Source: Candidatus Omnitrophota bacterium (lineage in GTDB: Bacteria > Omnitrophota > Gorgyraeia > Gygaellales > Profunditerraquicolaceae). From it: DNA of 33,235 nucleotides. The stretch covers positions 1 through 33,235 of the forward strand of contig JAGUUJ010000035.1 in NCBI GenBank assembly GCA_020063525.1. Reading direction: 5' to 3'. Positions within the stretch are counted from its first letter, which is position 1; every line of letters begins with the position of its first letter. Shown here piece after piece: positions 17,501-25,663 of the stretch. The notes beneath the pieces are model-generated. The model saw nothing but the letters and a program-made list of their open reading frames with translations. It made no database searches and was not told where the DNA came from. A program made the position numbers and the translations under genes.

Positions 17501-18559
17501 CCCTGGCCGCACCGCCGGCAAGCCCTTGAGTTACCGGATGTTTTAATTAAGGAAGTATTACCAAGCGGAGATTCTCATATTCAGGAGGAACGCAGGCTAT
17601 TTTACGTGGGTATGACGCGGGCTAAAGAGGAATTGTATCTTACCAGCGCTGCAGATTACGGCGGCAGACGCATTAGGCGCGTTAGCCAATTTGTTTTGGA
17701 AGCACAAGGCAAAGAGGCAAATGAATTTGATAAAAAGAAATCCAGCGCCCTGGAAGCAATTGAGCGTTTTGCTCCCAAAAAAGAATCTCCCCAGCCAAAG
17801 ATTACCGGAACTCCTGAAGGTAAGCTTATTTCCTTAAGCTATTACCATATGGATGACTATCTGACCTGTCCGTTAAAATATAAATATGTAAATATATTGC
17901 GCGTACCTATTATGGAACACCATATGGTTATTTACGGACGGGCAATGCATGAATCGGTGACTAAATATTTTCAATTTAAAATGGCGGGTAAAAAGATGTC
18001 CACGGCAGATTTGTTAAATGCATTTAAGGAGAGTTTCGACCCGCAGGGTTTTTTAGACGAAAAGCATCAGCAGGAGCGTTTCCGTATTGGCCAAGAGGCA
18101 TTAATTAAATTCTTTAATGAAGAAGAGAAGCGGGATTCTAAGCCCTTATATATCGAGAAAGAATTCTCATTTATTTTAGGAGATAATAAAATCACCGGTC
18201 GTTTTGACCGGATAGATTTGGAGGAAGATGGAGCAGTAATTATGGATTTTAAGACTTCGGAGATTAAGACTCAAAAGGAGGCAAATAAACGCACAAAAGA
18301 GAGCATGCAGCTTTCTCTTTATTCGCTCGCCTATAAGAATGTATTTGGGCAATTACCTAAACGTGTAGAGTTGTATTTTCTGGAATCTGGCATTATCGGG
18401 TCTAATCAGATACAAGACAGTGATTTAGAAAGAGTAAAGGATAAGATAAGTGAGGTTTCGCAGGGTATACGCGATAAAAGCTTCATCGCGGCACCTACAT
18501 ATATGGCTTGCACATATTGCGCCTATGAGCAGATCTGCCCCTTTGCTATTAACAGATAG
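14558..18559 (+). CDS. UvrD/PcrA-type SF1 helicase fused to a C-terminal 4-Cys PD-(D/E)XK (AddB/Cas4-like) nuclease; contains an intein
   Basis: Helicase motifs present: Walker A AGAGTGKT, Ia TFTDKAAGEM, II VDEFQDT, III GDDDQ/CIYRFRGA (split by the intein), IV RNYRS, V TIHKAKGLEF, VI RRLFYVGMTRAKE. The C-terminal ~245 aa carry YLTCPLKYKY, GRFDRIDL, MDFKTSE, QLSLYSLAY and CTYCAYEQIC (C...CxxCx5C). The mature product would be 969 aa. Confidence 0.9.
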   Translation: MHKILEGLNKEQIEAVTYTSGPLLIIAGAGTGKTTAITRRIAWLLSEGLAKTGEILALTFTDKAAGEMQERVDILVPYGYTDIWISTFHAFGDRLLRENALVAGLNPDFKVLTRPEAAVFFREHLFEFVLSYYRPLSDPTRFIEALISLFSRAKDEDVSPQEYLNYAQELVAKAEQDPQNLSLKEEARQQMEVACAYDRYQELLAKEGLVDFGNQFYLALRLLREHPLILKKYQEQFKYILVDEFQDTNFAQYQLAKILAGGLQNITVTGDDDQCVLRGSLISAPGGNKKIEAVRSGDFIFTAVGKGHIGTSRVKRVFKKKKNARLMTFETERGFRVTVTSNHKMFCHVPVWAGDKKTGFYYVYLMWRKGLGWRLGVTNHLAARLKLERSADKIIGLRAFKTEREAQYYETRLSLKYGIPTVCFMKRKGIYIADEWLKKLYLELDTEKRVRQLAADLDIDLDYHHFCLGAVARGKKNRIKINLCFCYRKHVSKGRVGKVLINPSIMHQVSLETSDKETIDKLRKAGFNLAKAKKGFRLRYELADIKKTEDIALKLKELTGGILEYKFNLGKRNIVTLPALVMPASNVLLGHYLPVTSDNSVIYDKVINIKEEIAVKTVYDLEVERTHNFIANGIIVHNCIYRFRGAAYSNLLNFINDFPDAKEISIVRNYRSSQVILDSAYRLIQNNNPERFEVKANIDKRLIGLTKEGSPVQHLHFDTNSTEADNVAKIIKDRIGTGNFKYRDFAILVRSNSDAQSFLQALNMQDMPWQFSGNQGLYSREEVKLCINFLRVVANPSDSLSLYYLVSSEVYSLDLSDLGLCAHYAKRRNKALYLVFGELDNIPELKDISDKSKSKIENILADLKKFLKISREQTTGRLLYSFLTETGFLKRLTQNPSLENETKIQNLAKFFNIVRDFELVAQEDRVMSFVNYLNLLIEAGDDPPTVEADKDYDAVNVLTIHKAKGLEFRVVFLVSLVEGRFPWPHRRQALELPDVLIKEVLPSGDSHIQEERRLFYVGMTRAKEELYLTSAADYGGRRIRRVSQFVLEAQGKEANEFDKKKSSALEAIERFAPKKESPQPKITGTPEGKLISLSYYHMDDYLTCPLKYKYVNILRVPIMEHHMVIYGRAMHESVTKYFQFKMAGKKMSTADLLNAFKESFDPQGFLDEKHQQERFRIGQEALIKFFNEEEKRDSKPLYIEKEFSFILGDNKITGRFDRIDLEEDGAVIMDFKTSEIKTQKEANKRTKESMQLSLYSLAYKNVFGQLPKRVELYFLESGIIGSNQIQDSDLERVKDKISEVSQGIRDKSFIAAPTYMACTYCAYEQICPFAINR
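15380..16471 (+). mobile_element. intein (364 aa) inserted in helicase motif III
   Basis: Host sequence reads ...NITVTGDDDQ | CVLRGSLI...GIIVHN | CIYRFRGA. Cys1, block B TSNH (residues 66-69), terminal HN, Cys+1, and block F/G VYDLEVERTHNFIANGIIVHN are all present. Length is 1092 nt, in frame. Confidence 0.88.
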
Positions 18560-18709
18560 TATTAGATAGCGATTGATTATATAGAAAGGCATATAGAACG
18601 ATGAGAGCATTTTTGGTAGGTTTAGCCTTTTAAAAATCTAAAATTTGCCTCTTATGCATAGTCTCCCTTAACCTTAATCCAAAAACCGGAAAATTAATAT
18701 CATAATATA

Positions 18710-18738
18710 TTGACTTGTAATATAAAGTAAGTTATAAT
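18710..18738 (+). promoter_or_regulatory. sigma70-type promoter for rpsO-pnp (TTGACT-17-TATAAT)
   Basis: TTGACT 18710-18715, 17-nt spacer, TATAAT 18733-18738. This implies a leader of about 140 nt before the rpsO start. Confidence 0.6.
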
Positions 18739-18884
18739 ATTTCATAGTACAGGAAAGTATAAAACACTTTCCTTTTACCACTAGCGAAAATCGCTTAAAG
18801 TTATCGCCGATCACGCCTATGGCGGATCCCACCAAAGGCGGGAAGGCGATTTTCTTGAAATATAATATAAAGGAGGTGAAGAAA

Positions 18885-19154
18885 TTGGTTTTGCTTAAGG
18901 AGAAAAAGAAAGAGATTATCGATAGTTTTAAGGTTCATTCCAGGGATACTGGTTCAGCCGAAGTCCAGGTTGCAATTTTGACCGAAAGAATTACTAACTT
19001 GGCGGAACATTTTAAGTACCACAAGAAAGATTTCCATTCTCGCCGCGGGCTTCTTATGCTTGTAGGAAGGCGCCGCAGGCTCCTCAATTATCTCAAGGAT
19101 AGAGATATCAAAAAATACGAAGAAGTTATAGAGAAGCTTAGCTTGAGAAAATAA
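18885..19154 (+). CDS. rpsO: 30S ribosomal protein S15
   Basis: Start placed at TTG 18885, which follows AAGGAGG (18870-18876) after an 8-nt spacer. This gives the canonical 89 aa (..[50 protein letters not shown]..). The ATG at 18819 would add 22 non-family residues. Confidence 0.9.
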   Translation: MVLLKEKKKEIIDSFKVHSRDTGSAEVQVAILTERITNLAEHFKYHKKDFHSRRGLLMLVGRRRRLLNYLKDRDIKKYEEVIEKLSLRK

Positions 19155-19192
19155 ATCCGTCTTTTTATCGGTCTTAATAACGGAATACTAAT

Positions 19193-21283
19193 ATGCAGGA
19201 TGAGCTAATGAAAACTAAATTCGGAAATAACGAGCTGATTTTAGAAACCGGCAAAATGGCTAAACAGGCAAACGGATCAGTTGCTGTCCAGTATGGCGGC
19301 ACTGTGGTCCTGGTTACTGCCTGTATGTCCAAAGAGCCCAAAGAAGGGCAGGGTTTTTTCCCTCTCACTGTAGAATATCAAGAGAAGACATATGCTGCGG
19401 GTAAGATTCCCGGCGGTTTCTTTAAAAGAGAAGGCAGGCCATCTGAGAGCGAGATTTTAACTGCGCGGCTTATTGACCGGCCCATACGGCCGCTTTTTCC
19501 TGACGGGCTTCTTAATGAAATTCAGATTATGGCCATTGTTTTGTCTAGCGATGGAGAAAATGACCCTGATATCCTTTCGGTAATTGGCGCATCAGCGGCT
19601 TTGTCGCTCTCCGATATTCCTTTTAACGGGCCGTTAGCTTGCTGTCGCGTGGGGCGCGTAGATAATCAATTTATTCTTAATCCTACATATGCGCAACTTG
19701 AGAACTCAGATTTAGATTTAGTGGTAGTTGCTAATATTAAAGGTATTGTGATGCTCGAATCTAAATCCAAGGAGGTATCCGAGGAAGTATTCTTAGAGGC
19801 AGTTAAGTTCGGCTTTGAGAATCTCCAATGCATAATTGGCTTGCAGAAAGAATTTATGCGGCAATACGGAAAACCCAAGGCTGATATTGAATATAAGAAA
19901 ATAGACCCTGTATTACAAAAGAAGGTTGAAGAGTTATCCAAAGAAAGATTAAAAGAAGTTTATAAGTTAAGCAAAAAAGAAGAGCGGGAGGAGGCGGTAG
20001 ACTTATTATCTAAGGAGTTAGAAGCTAAACTTACTCCCGAAGGATATTTAGCTCCTGATATTAAAACGGCTTTGGTGGAAGTAGAAAAGGAGGAGGTGAG
20101 AAAGAAAATATTAGATGAAAATGTGCGCATAGATGGCCGCGGATTTAAAGATATTCGGCCTATTACTTGTGAAGTTTCTGTCCTGCCGCGTACACATGGT
20201 TCAAGCCTATTCACGCGCGGCCAGACACAAAGTTTAGCTGTTACTACGCTGGGCACAGGGGAAGACGAACAACTTATTGAGGCATTAGAAGGCGAAAAAT
20301 ATAAATCTTTTATGCTGCATTACAGTTTTCCTCCTTTTAGCGTGGGTGAGACTGCGCCTGTGCGCGGCCCGGGCCGTCGTGAGATTGGCCATGGAGCTTT
20401 AGCTGAGAGGTCGCTTTTGGCGGTTATGCCATCCAAAGAGAAATTTCCATATACCATAAGGGTAGTTTCTGAGATTTTAGAGTCCAACGGCTCATCAAGT
20501 ATGGCTACGGTTTGTGCAGCAACCTTATCATTAATGGACGCCGGCGTTCCTATAAAAGATGCAGTAGGCGGGATCGCTTTAGGCCTTATTAAAGAGGATA
20601 CAAAGGCCGTTATTTTAACTGATATTACGGGCCTCGAAGACCATTTTGGCGATATGGATTTCAAAATTGCGGGCACCAAAACAGGTATTACTGTGATACA
20701 ATTAGACTTAAAGATAGACGGCATTGATTTAGATTTATTAAATAGATGTCTTTCGCAGTCAAGGGAGGCAAGACACTTCATTTTGGATAAAATGAAAGAG
20801 GCCCTGGCCCAACCGCGCCAGGAGTTGTCCGCCCAAGCTCCGCGCATAGATATTATCAAAGTCAATCCGGAAAAGATTGGTGCGCTTATTGGCCCCGGCG
20901 GTAAAACTATAAAGAAGATTATTGCCGCAACAGGCGCAAGCATTGATATTCAGGACGACGGAAATGTTTTAGTTGCTTCTAACGACGCCTCAAAATCTAA
21001 AGCGGCAATCGATATGATTAAGGCAATAGCCGAAGACGTTGAAGTCGGCCGCGTATATATAGGTAAGGTAAAGCGTATAATGGCCTTCGGCGCCTTTTGC
21101 GAAATTGCCCCTGGCAAAGAAGGGCTGGTGCATGTTTCTGAGTTAGCTGATACTTTTGTGAAAAACGTTGAAGATATAGTTAAAGTCGGCGATGAAATTA
21201 AAGTTAAGGTTATAGGCATAGATGAGTTAGGCAGAATTAATTTAAGCAAAAAGCAGATCCCGTTAGAAAATCCTGAACCTTAA
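19193..21283 (+). CDS. pnp: polyribonucleotide nucleotidyltransferase (PNPase)
   Basis: 696 aa. Two RNase PH-like domains, KH (IGPGGKTIKKI) and S1 (VGRVYIGKVKRIMAFGAFCEI) domains. Conserved rpsO-pnp linkage. Confidence 0.95.
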   Translation: MQDELMKTKFGNNELILETGKMAKQANGSVAVQYGGTVVLVTACMSKEPKEGQGFFPLTVEYQEKTYAAGKIPGGFFKREGRPSESEILTARLIDRPIRPLFPDGLLNEIQIMAIVLSSDGENDPDILSVIGASAALSLSDIPFNGPLACCRVGRVDNQFILNPTYAQLENSDLDLVVVANIKGIVMLESKSKEVSEEVFLEAVKFGFENLQCIIGLQKEFMRQYGKPKADIEYKKIDPVLQKKVEELSKERLKEVYKLSKKEEREEAVDLLSKELEAKLTPEGYLAPDIKTALVEVEKEEVRKKILDENVRIDGRGFKDIRPITCEVSVLPRTHGSSLFTRGQTQSLAVTTLGTGEDEQLIEALEGEKYKSFMLHYSFPPFSVGETAPVRGPGRREIGHGALAERSLLAVMPSKEKFPYTIRVVSEILESNGSSSMATVCAATLSLMDAGVPIKDAVGGIALGLIKEDTKAVILTDITGLEDHFGDMDFKIAGTKTGITVIQLDLKIDGIDLDLLNRCLSQSREARHFILDKMKEALAQPRQELSAQAPRIDIIKVNPEKIGALIGPGGKTIKKIIAATGASIDIQDDGNVLVASNDASKSKAAIDMIKAIAEDVEVGRVYIGKVKRIMAFGAFCEIAPGKEGLVHVSELADTFVKNVEDIVKVGDEIKVKVIGIDELGRINLSKKQIPLENPEP

Positions 21284-21305
21284 AAATAAATATTTTCTAA
21301 TGGGA
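21257..21305 (+). repeat. conserved junction hairpin, family 3 (ATCCCGTTAGAAA arms), copy 1, straddling the pnp stop codon
   Basis: tcccgttagaaaat (21258-21271) pairs with attttctaatggga (21292-21305). This is 14 bp including one G-U, with a 20-nt loop that contains the pnp stop. The 13-mer atcccgttagaaa (21257-21269) recurs at 26256-26268. Confidence 0.7.
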
Positions 21306-21325
21306 CAGGCAGAAGAAAATAGTTA

Positions 21326-23503
21326 ATGGTCAGAGAAAGAAGACTGAACGAGATTCGCGGCGTCATCCTGGTGGCAATAGGGTTGATGATTCTTGCCAGC
21401 ATTATCCGGCTTGAGCGCTTAGACCTTCGTTTTTATACCTCTCATCCCAATATCCCGCCTAAGAATCTCCTGGGTATATTCGGTGCGTATCTGGGTGGAA
21501 TAATTGTATTCTTGTTCGGCATGCCCACTAGTTTTTTTATTCCTATATTCATTTTGCTGTTAGGGATAAAGTTTTTCAGGCAGCAGATACCTTATTTAAG
21601 TATACCGAGGATTTTAGGAATTCTGATTTTGTTATTATCCATTAGTTCCCTTATTGGAATGTTTAATTTAAAGAATGAGTACATCAGGTTTTATTACGCA
21701 GGCGCTTTAGGAGCCGTTATTTCTAATTTTATTACCTCGTATTTTAGCCGATTAGGCGGATTTATTATCTTTGTTACTTTTATTATCTTATCGCTGGCAT
21801 TGGTTACTGAAATTTTAATTTCCTCTTTGTTTTTAAATATTATAAATAGAACTAACTCTATACTCAAACCCATCTTTAGTTTTAGAATTAGACCCAAGCC
21901 CGCGGTGATAAAACCAGTATTCACTGAAAGAAAAGAGCCCAGAGAATCTCTGGTATCAGGAGCCTTACCCAGGATACCCGAATCTGCCAGTAAGCCAATA
22001 CTGCCTTCTAGGCCTAAGATTGAAATAAAAACAAAGCTTGCGGTTTCGGAAACAAAAGTAAAGCCGCAAGAAGTAAAAATCGGCGATTACCATTTACCCC
22101 CGCTTGATTTATTAGAATCTCCTCCTCCGCTTGAGGCCAGGCAAATTAAGGAAGACCTCACTGCTAATGCACGTATTCTGGAAGATACCTTAGATGATTT
22201 TGGCATTTCGGTTAAAGTTACAGATATTGAACGCGGGCCGATAATTACACGATATGAACTCGAGCCTGCACCGGGAGTAAAATTGAATCGCATTGTGGCT
22301 TTAAGCGATGATATAGCCCTGACAATGAAAGCGCAGTCAGTAAGAATTGTGGCGCCTATACCGGGAAAGGGCAGGGTAGGAGTAGAGGTCCCTAACACGC
22401 AGAGCAGTTTTGTCTATTTAAAAGAGGTACTGTCATCCTCAGAATTCCAAAAGTCAGAGTCAAAATTAACCCTTGCTTTGGGTAAGGACATTGCCGGCCA
22501 GCCGGTGATGGCAGATTTAGGTGAGATGCCCCATCTTTTAATTGCCGGGACCACTGGCTCAGGTAAAACGGTATGCATGAACTGTTTAATTTTATCCATG
22601 CTTTTTAAGGCAACGCCGAACGAACTGAAGTTTTTAATGGTTGACCCTAAGATGGTAGAATTAGCTCCCTTTAACGGGTTAGCGCATCTTTTGTGCCCTG
22701 TGGTGACAGATGCCAGAAAAGCATCGGTTGCCCTTAACTGGGTAGTAAATGAAATGGAGGGGCGTTATCAGCTTTTAGCAAAAATAGGCGTAAGGAATAT
22801 TGAGGCTTATAACCAAAGACAAGAAAAGCTTCCTTATATCGTGGTTATTATCGATGAACTCGCTGATTTGATGACTGTGGCGCGTGATCAGATTGAGAAT
22901 GCGATAACCCGATTGGCGCAGCTTTCCCGTGCAGTAGGTATACATTTACTTTTAGCTACGCAAAGGCCTTCGGTAGATGTGATTACAGGGGTGATTAAGG
23001 CAAATTTTCCTGCACGCATATCTTTTAAGGTGGCCTCTAAAGTGGATTCGCGCACAGTCCTGGATATGAACGGAGCGGATAAACTCTTAGGCAGAGGCGA
23101 TATGCTATTTTTGCGTCCGGGAGAGTCAAAATTAATCCGCGCTCAAGGGTCGCTGATTAATGATAACGAGATCGAAAGAATAGTAGATTTTATCAAGTCT
23201 CAAGCGCAGCCGTTTTACGATGAAGAGATCTTGAAAGAACAGCAAAAATCTTCTTTTATAAACGGACAAAAAGACGAATTTTATGAGCAGGCAGTCAAGG
23301 TCATCATGGAGAGCGGCCAGGCGTCAGTATCAATATTGCAGAGGCGTCTGCGCCTGGGTTATACGCGCGCTGCCCGTATTATTGATATGATGGAACAGGA
23401 AGGCATTATCGGTCCTTTTGAAGGAAGCAAGCCGCGTAAAATCTTAATTGATAGAGAAGCCTGGCTCCAGAATGAGATAATGCCAAAGGTGCGCCAAGAG
23501 TGA
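21326..23503 (+). CDS. ftsK: DNA translocase FtsK/SpoIIIE
   Basis: 725 aa. N-terminal TM segments, Pro/Lys-rich linker, motor domain with Walker A GTTGSGKT and Walker B IIDELADL. C-terminal gamma winged helix (SVSILQRRLRLGYTRAARIIDMMEQEGII). Confidence 0.93.
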   Translation: MVRERRLNEIRGVILVAIGLMILASIIRLERLDLRFYTSHPNIPPKNLLGIFGAYLGGIIVFLFGMPTSFFIPIFILLLGIKFFRQQIPYLSIPRILGILILLLSISSLIGMFNLKNEYIRFYYAGALGAVISNFITSYFSRLGGFIIFVTFIILSLALVTEILISSLFLNIINRTNSILKPIFSFRIRPKPAVIKPVFTERKEPRESLVSGALPRIPESASKPILPSRPKIEIKTKLAVSETKVKPQEVKIGDYHLPPLDLLESPPPLEARQIKEDLTANARILEDTLDDFGISVKVTDIERGPIITRYELEPAPGVKLNRIVALSDDIALTMKAQSVRIVAPIPGKGRVGVEVPNTQSSFVYLKEVLSSSEFQKSESKLTLALGKDIAGQPVMADLGEMPHLLIAGTTGSGKTVCMNCLILSMLFKATPNELKFLMVDPKMVELAPFNGLAHLLCPVVTDARKASVALNWVVNEMEGRYQLLAKIGVRNIEAYNQRQEKLPYIVVIIDELADLMTVARDQIENAITRLAQLSRAVGIHLLLATQRPSVDVITGVIKANFPARISFKVASKVDSRTVLDMNGADKLLGRGDMLFLRPGESKLIRAQGSLINDNEIERIVDFIKSQAQPFYDEEILKEQQKSSFINGQKDEFYEQAVKVIMESGQASVSILQRRLRLGYTRAARIIDMMEQEGIIGPFEGSKPRKILIDREAWLQNEIMPKVRQE

Positions 23504-24267
23504 TGGAATCAGCCGGAACCAAACTTAAAAACCTGCGTTTACAAAAGGGCTTAAGCCTTGAAGAAGTACACAAGAAGACGAAAATTCACTTAAATATACT
23601 TAAGGCTATAGAAGAGGATAGTCTCATAAATTTTAGTCCCGTGTATATAAAGGGATTCTTAAAAATCTACTGTAAATTTTTAGGCGTTGACCCGCGGGAT
23701 TACATACCTGATTATAAAGAACCTAAAGCTAAAATTATCTACGTATCGGATTTACAAGAAAAACCCGCGTCATCGTTTAAAATACTTTCATTAAAACTCT
23801 TCTCTATGAAAGCTCTGCATATAAGACCAAAGACAATAGTTACGGTTGCCTTGATACTTATATTTATCATTGGTTTATTTAATTTAGGTAAATTTATCTC
23901 TTCTAAATCAAGCCGCCTGTCCAGAAAAACTGAACTACCTATCGTTGCTTCATCCAAGATAGGCAATAGGGTTCCCATAAGTAAATTACAGAATTCGCCT
24001 GCAGTAAAAATAATAACCTTAGATATACACGCCAAAGAAAATTGCTTTATACAGCTAAAAGCCGATGGCCGGGTTATTTTTCAAACTGTCTTAAAGAAAG
24101 GCAGATCCGAAAGCTGGCAGGCAAAAGATAAAATAGAGCTCTCTTTAGGGAATGCCGGAGTTGTAGAATTGGAAGTGAATGGTAAGCGCATATCGGGCCT
24201 GGGCAGAAGAGGCCAGGCAATTAAGAACATATTGATTACAAAAGAAGGTTTAACCATAAAGCGATGA
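23503..24267 (+). CDS. rodZ: RodZ-like cytoskeleton protein (XRE-type HTH, TM segment, DUF4115-like C-terminus)
   Basis: LKNLRLQKGLSLEEVHKKTKIHLNILKAIEED...IKGFLKIYCKFLGVD, one TM segment (IVTVALILIFIIGLF), and C-terminal ELSLGNAGVVELEVNGKRI. ATG 23503 overlaps the ftsK TGA (TGATG). The ORF track starts at GTG 23500. Confidence 0.75.
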   Translation: MESAGTKLKNLRLQKGLSLEEVHKKTKIHLNILKAIEEDSLINFSPVYIKGFLKIYCKFLGVDPRDYIPDYKEPKAKIIYVSDLQEKPASSFKILSLKLFSMKALHIRPKTIVTVALILIFIIGLFNLGKFISSKSSRLSRKTELPIVASSKIGNRVPISKLQNSPAVKIITLDIHAKENCFIQLKADGRVIFQTVLKKGRSESWQAKDKIELSLGNAGVVELEVNGKRISGLGRRGQAIKNILITKEGLTIKR

Positions 24268-25583
24268 GAGAGAAAGATAAACCCCGCCCTTGCGTGCAAG
24301 AGCGGGGTAAATATAAGATCGGAATTTTAAGTTTGGGCTGCCCGAGAAACTTAGTGGATTCAGAAAGTATTTTGGGCGGATTAGCCTTGAGAGGATATCC
24401 TATTGTAGATATAGATAAGGCAGATGCGGCAATAGTGAATACCTGCTGCTTCATAGAAGATGCCAAGGCCGAATCAATAGATGCCATATTGGATTTAATT
24501 GATTTAAAAAGAAAAGGCAAACTTAAGAAGCTCATTGTTTATGGTTGCCTTGCACAACGTTATAAAGATAAATTACATAAGGAGCTGCCAGAGGTCGACG
24601 CCTTTGTGGGAAAAATTTCTTTAAATCATAATCTGGCGACGTTTCCTCTTACTCCCAAACATTATGCGTATGTAAAAATCTGCGAAGGCTGTATAAACAA
24701 TTGCAGTTATTGTATTATTCCCAAGATTAAAGGAAGATTCACCAGCCTCGATATAGATTCCATACTTGCTAAAATAGAAAGATTCGATAAGGATAAAGTC
24801 TCGGAGGTGAATATTATCGGCCAGGATATCACGGGTTACGGCCTGGATTCATACGCAAGCACAAGATTACCCGGCCTCTTAAAGAAGATAATAAAGATGA
24901 GCCCAAATATCGGCTGGTTAAGGCTCCTTTATCTGTATCCCAGCCGTATCAGCGATGAATTATTAGATTTGATTAAAAATGAGCCTAAGGTTTGCAAATA
25001 CATCGATTTACCCTTGCAGCACATAAATGACCGTATATTAAATTTAATGCACAGGCAGACGACCAAAGAGGATATCTTAAGGCTCATTGATAAAATTAGA
25101 AAAAAGATTCCCCACATAGCAATACGCACTTCAGTTATAGTGGGATTCCCTTCAGAAACAGAAAAGGATTTTAAGGAATTATTGGGTTTTATCGGGGACG
25201 TAAGGTTTGAGAGGCTGGGTGCGTTTATTTATTCCCGGGAAGAGGGTACGCAGGCATATAATTTTGAAAATCAGATTCCTGAAAAAATAAAAATGGAGCG
25301 TTTTGACACTCTTATGATACAACAGCAAAATATCTCACGGGGCGTGAATAAAAATTTCCTCGGAAAGACCATTGATGTCTTAATAGATGAAAAAGAAGAA
25401 GATGCTTATCCTGCCCTTATACGCAGGGGTGGCGTTTACTTAGGCCGCAGCCAATATGATGCCCCTGAAGTGGATGGCCAGATTTATGTAGATTCTAAGA
25501 AAGCACTAAACGCCGGTGACTTTGTAAAAGTAGAAATCACCGATACCTTAGAATACGATTTAGTGGGTAAGACATTGCCATGA
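24264..25583 (+). CDS. rimO: ribosomal protein S12 methylthiotransferase RimO
   Basis: SLGCPRNLVDSE N-terminal domain, radical-SAM CINNCSYC (CxxxCxxC), RLLYLYPSRISDELL, YIDLPLQH, C-terminal TRAM (FVKVEITDTLEYDLVG). ATGA overlap with the rodZ stop. Confidence 0.9.
   Translation: MREKDKPRPCVQERGKYKIGILSLGCPRNLVDSESILGGLALRGYPIVDIDKADAAIVNTCCFIEDAKAESIDAILDLIDLKRKGKLKKLIVYGCLAQRYKDKLHKELPEVDAFVGKISLNHNLATFPLTPKHYAYVKICEGCINNCSYCIIPKIKGRFTSLDIDSILAKIERFDKDKVSEVNIIGQDITGYGLDSYASTRLPGLLKKIIKMSPNIGWLRLLYLYPSRISDELLDLIKNEPKVCKYIDLPLQHINDRILNLMHRQTTKEDILRLIDKIRKKIPHIAIRTSVIVGFPSETEKDFKELLGFIGDVRFERLGAFIYSREEGTQAYNFENQIPEKIKMERFDTLMIQQQNISRGVNKNFLGKTIDVLIDEKEEDAYPALIRRGGVYLGRSQYDAPEVDGQIYVDSKKALNAGDFVKVEITDTLEYDLVGKTLP
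24280..24312 (+). repeat. junction hairpin, family 2 (AACCCCGCCCTT / AAGAGCGGGGTRAAT), compact copy inside the first codons of rimO
   Basis: aaccccgccctt (24280-24291) and aagagcggggtaaat (24298-24312). Within them, accccgc pairs with gcggggt and cttg with caag. The same two blocks recur at 25583-25594 and 25649-25663. Confidence 0.6.
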
Positions 25584-25663
25584 ACCCCGCCCTTCCTAAA
25601 GTATTAGTAAGAGTAATACAAGGAAGAGTGGGGTGTGAATAGGAAAGGAAGAGCGGGGTGAAT
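25583..25663 (+). promoter_or_regulatory. junction hairpin, family 2, extended copy with duplicated 3' arm overlapping the pgsA SD/start
   Basis: The 5' arm ccccgcccttcct (25585-25597) can pair with aggaagagtgggg (25621-25633) or with aggaagagcgggg (25646-25658). The second option abuts or overlaps the GTG start at 25658. Confidence 0.6.

Noticed and set aside
19155-19192. rpsO-pnp spacer as an RNase III-type pnp autoregulatory hairpin, or as a degenerate family-3 element (atccgt...acggaat).
   Set aside because: Only about 5 contiguous base pairs can form in a 38-nt spacer. That is too weak to call.
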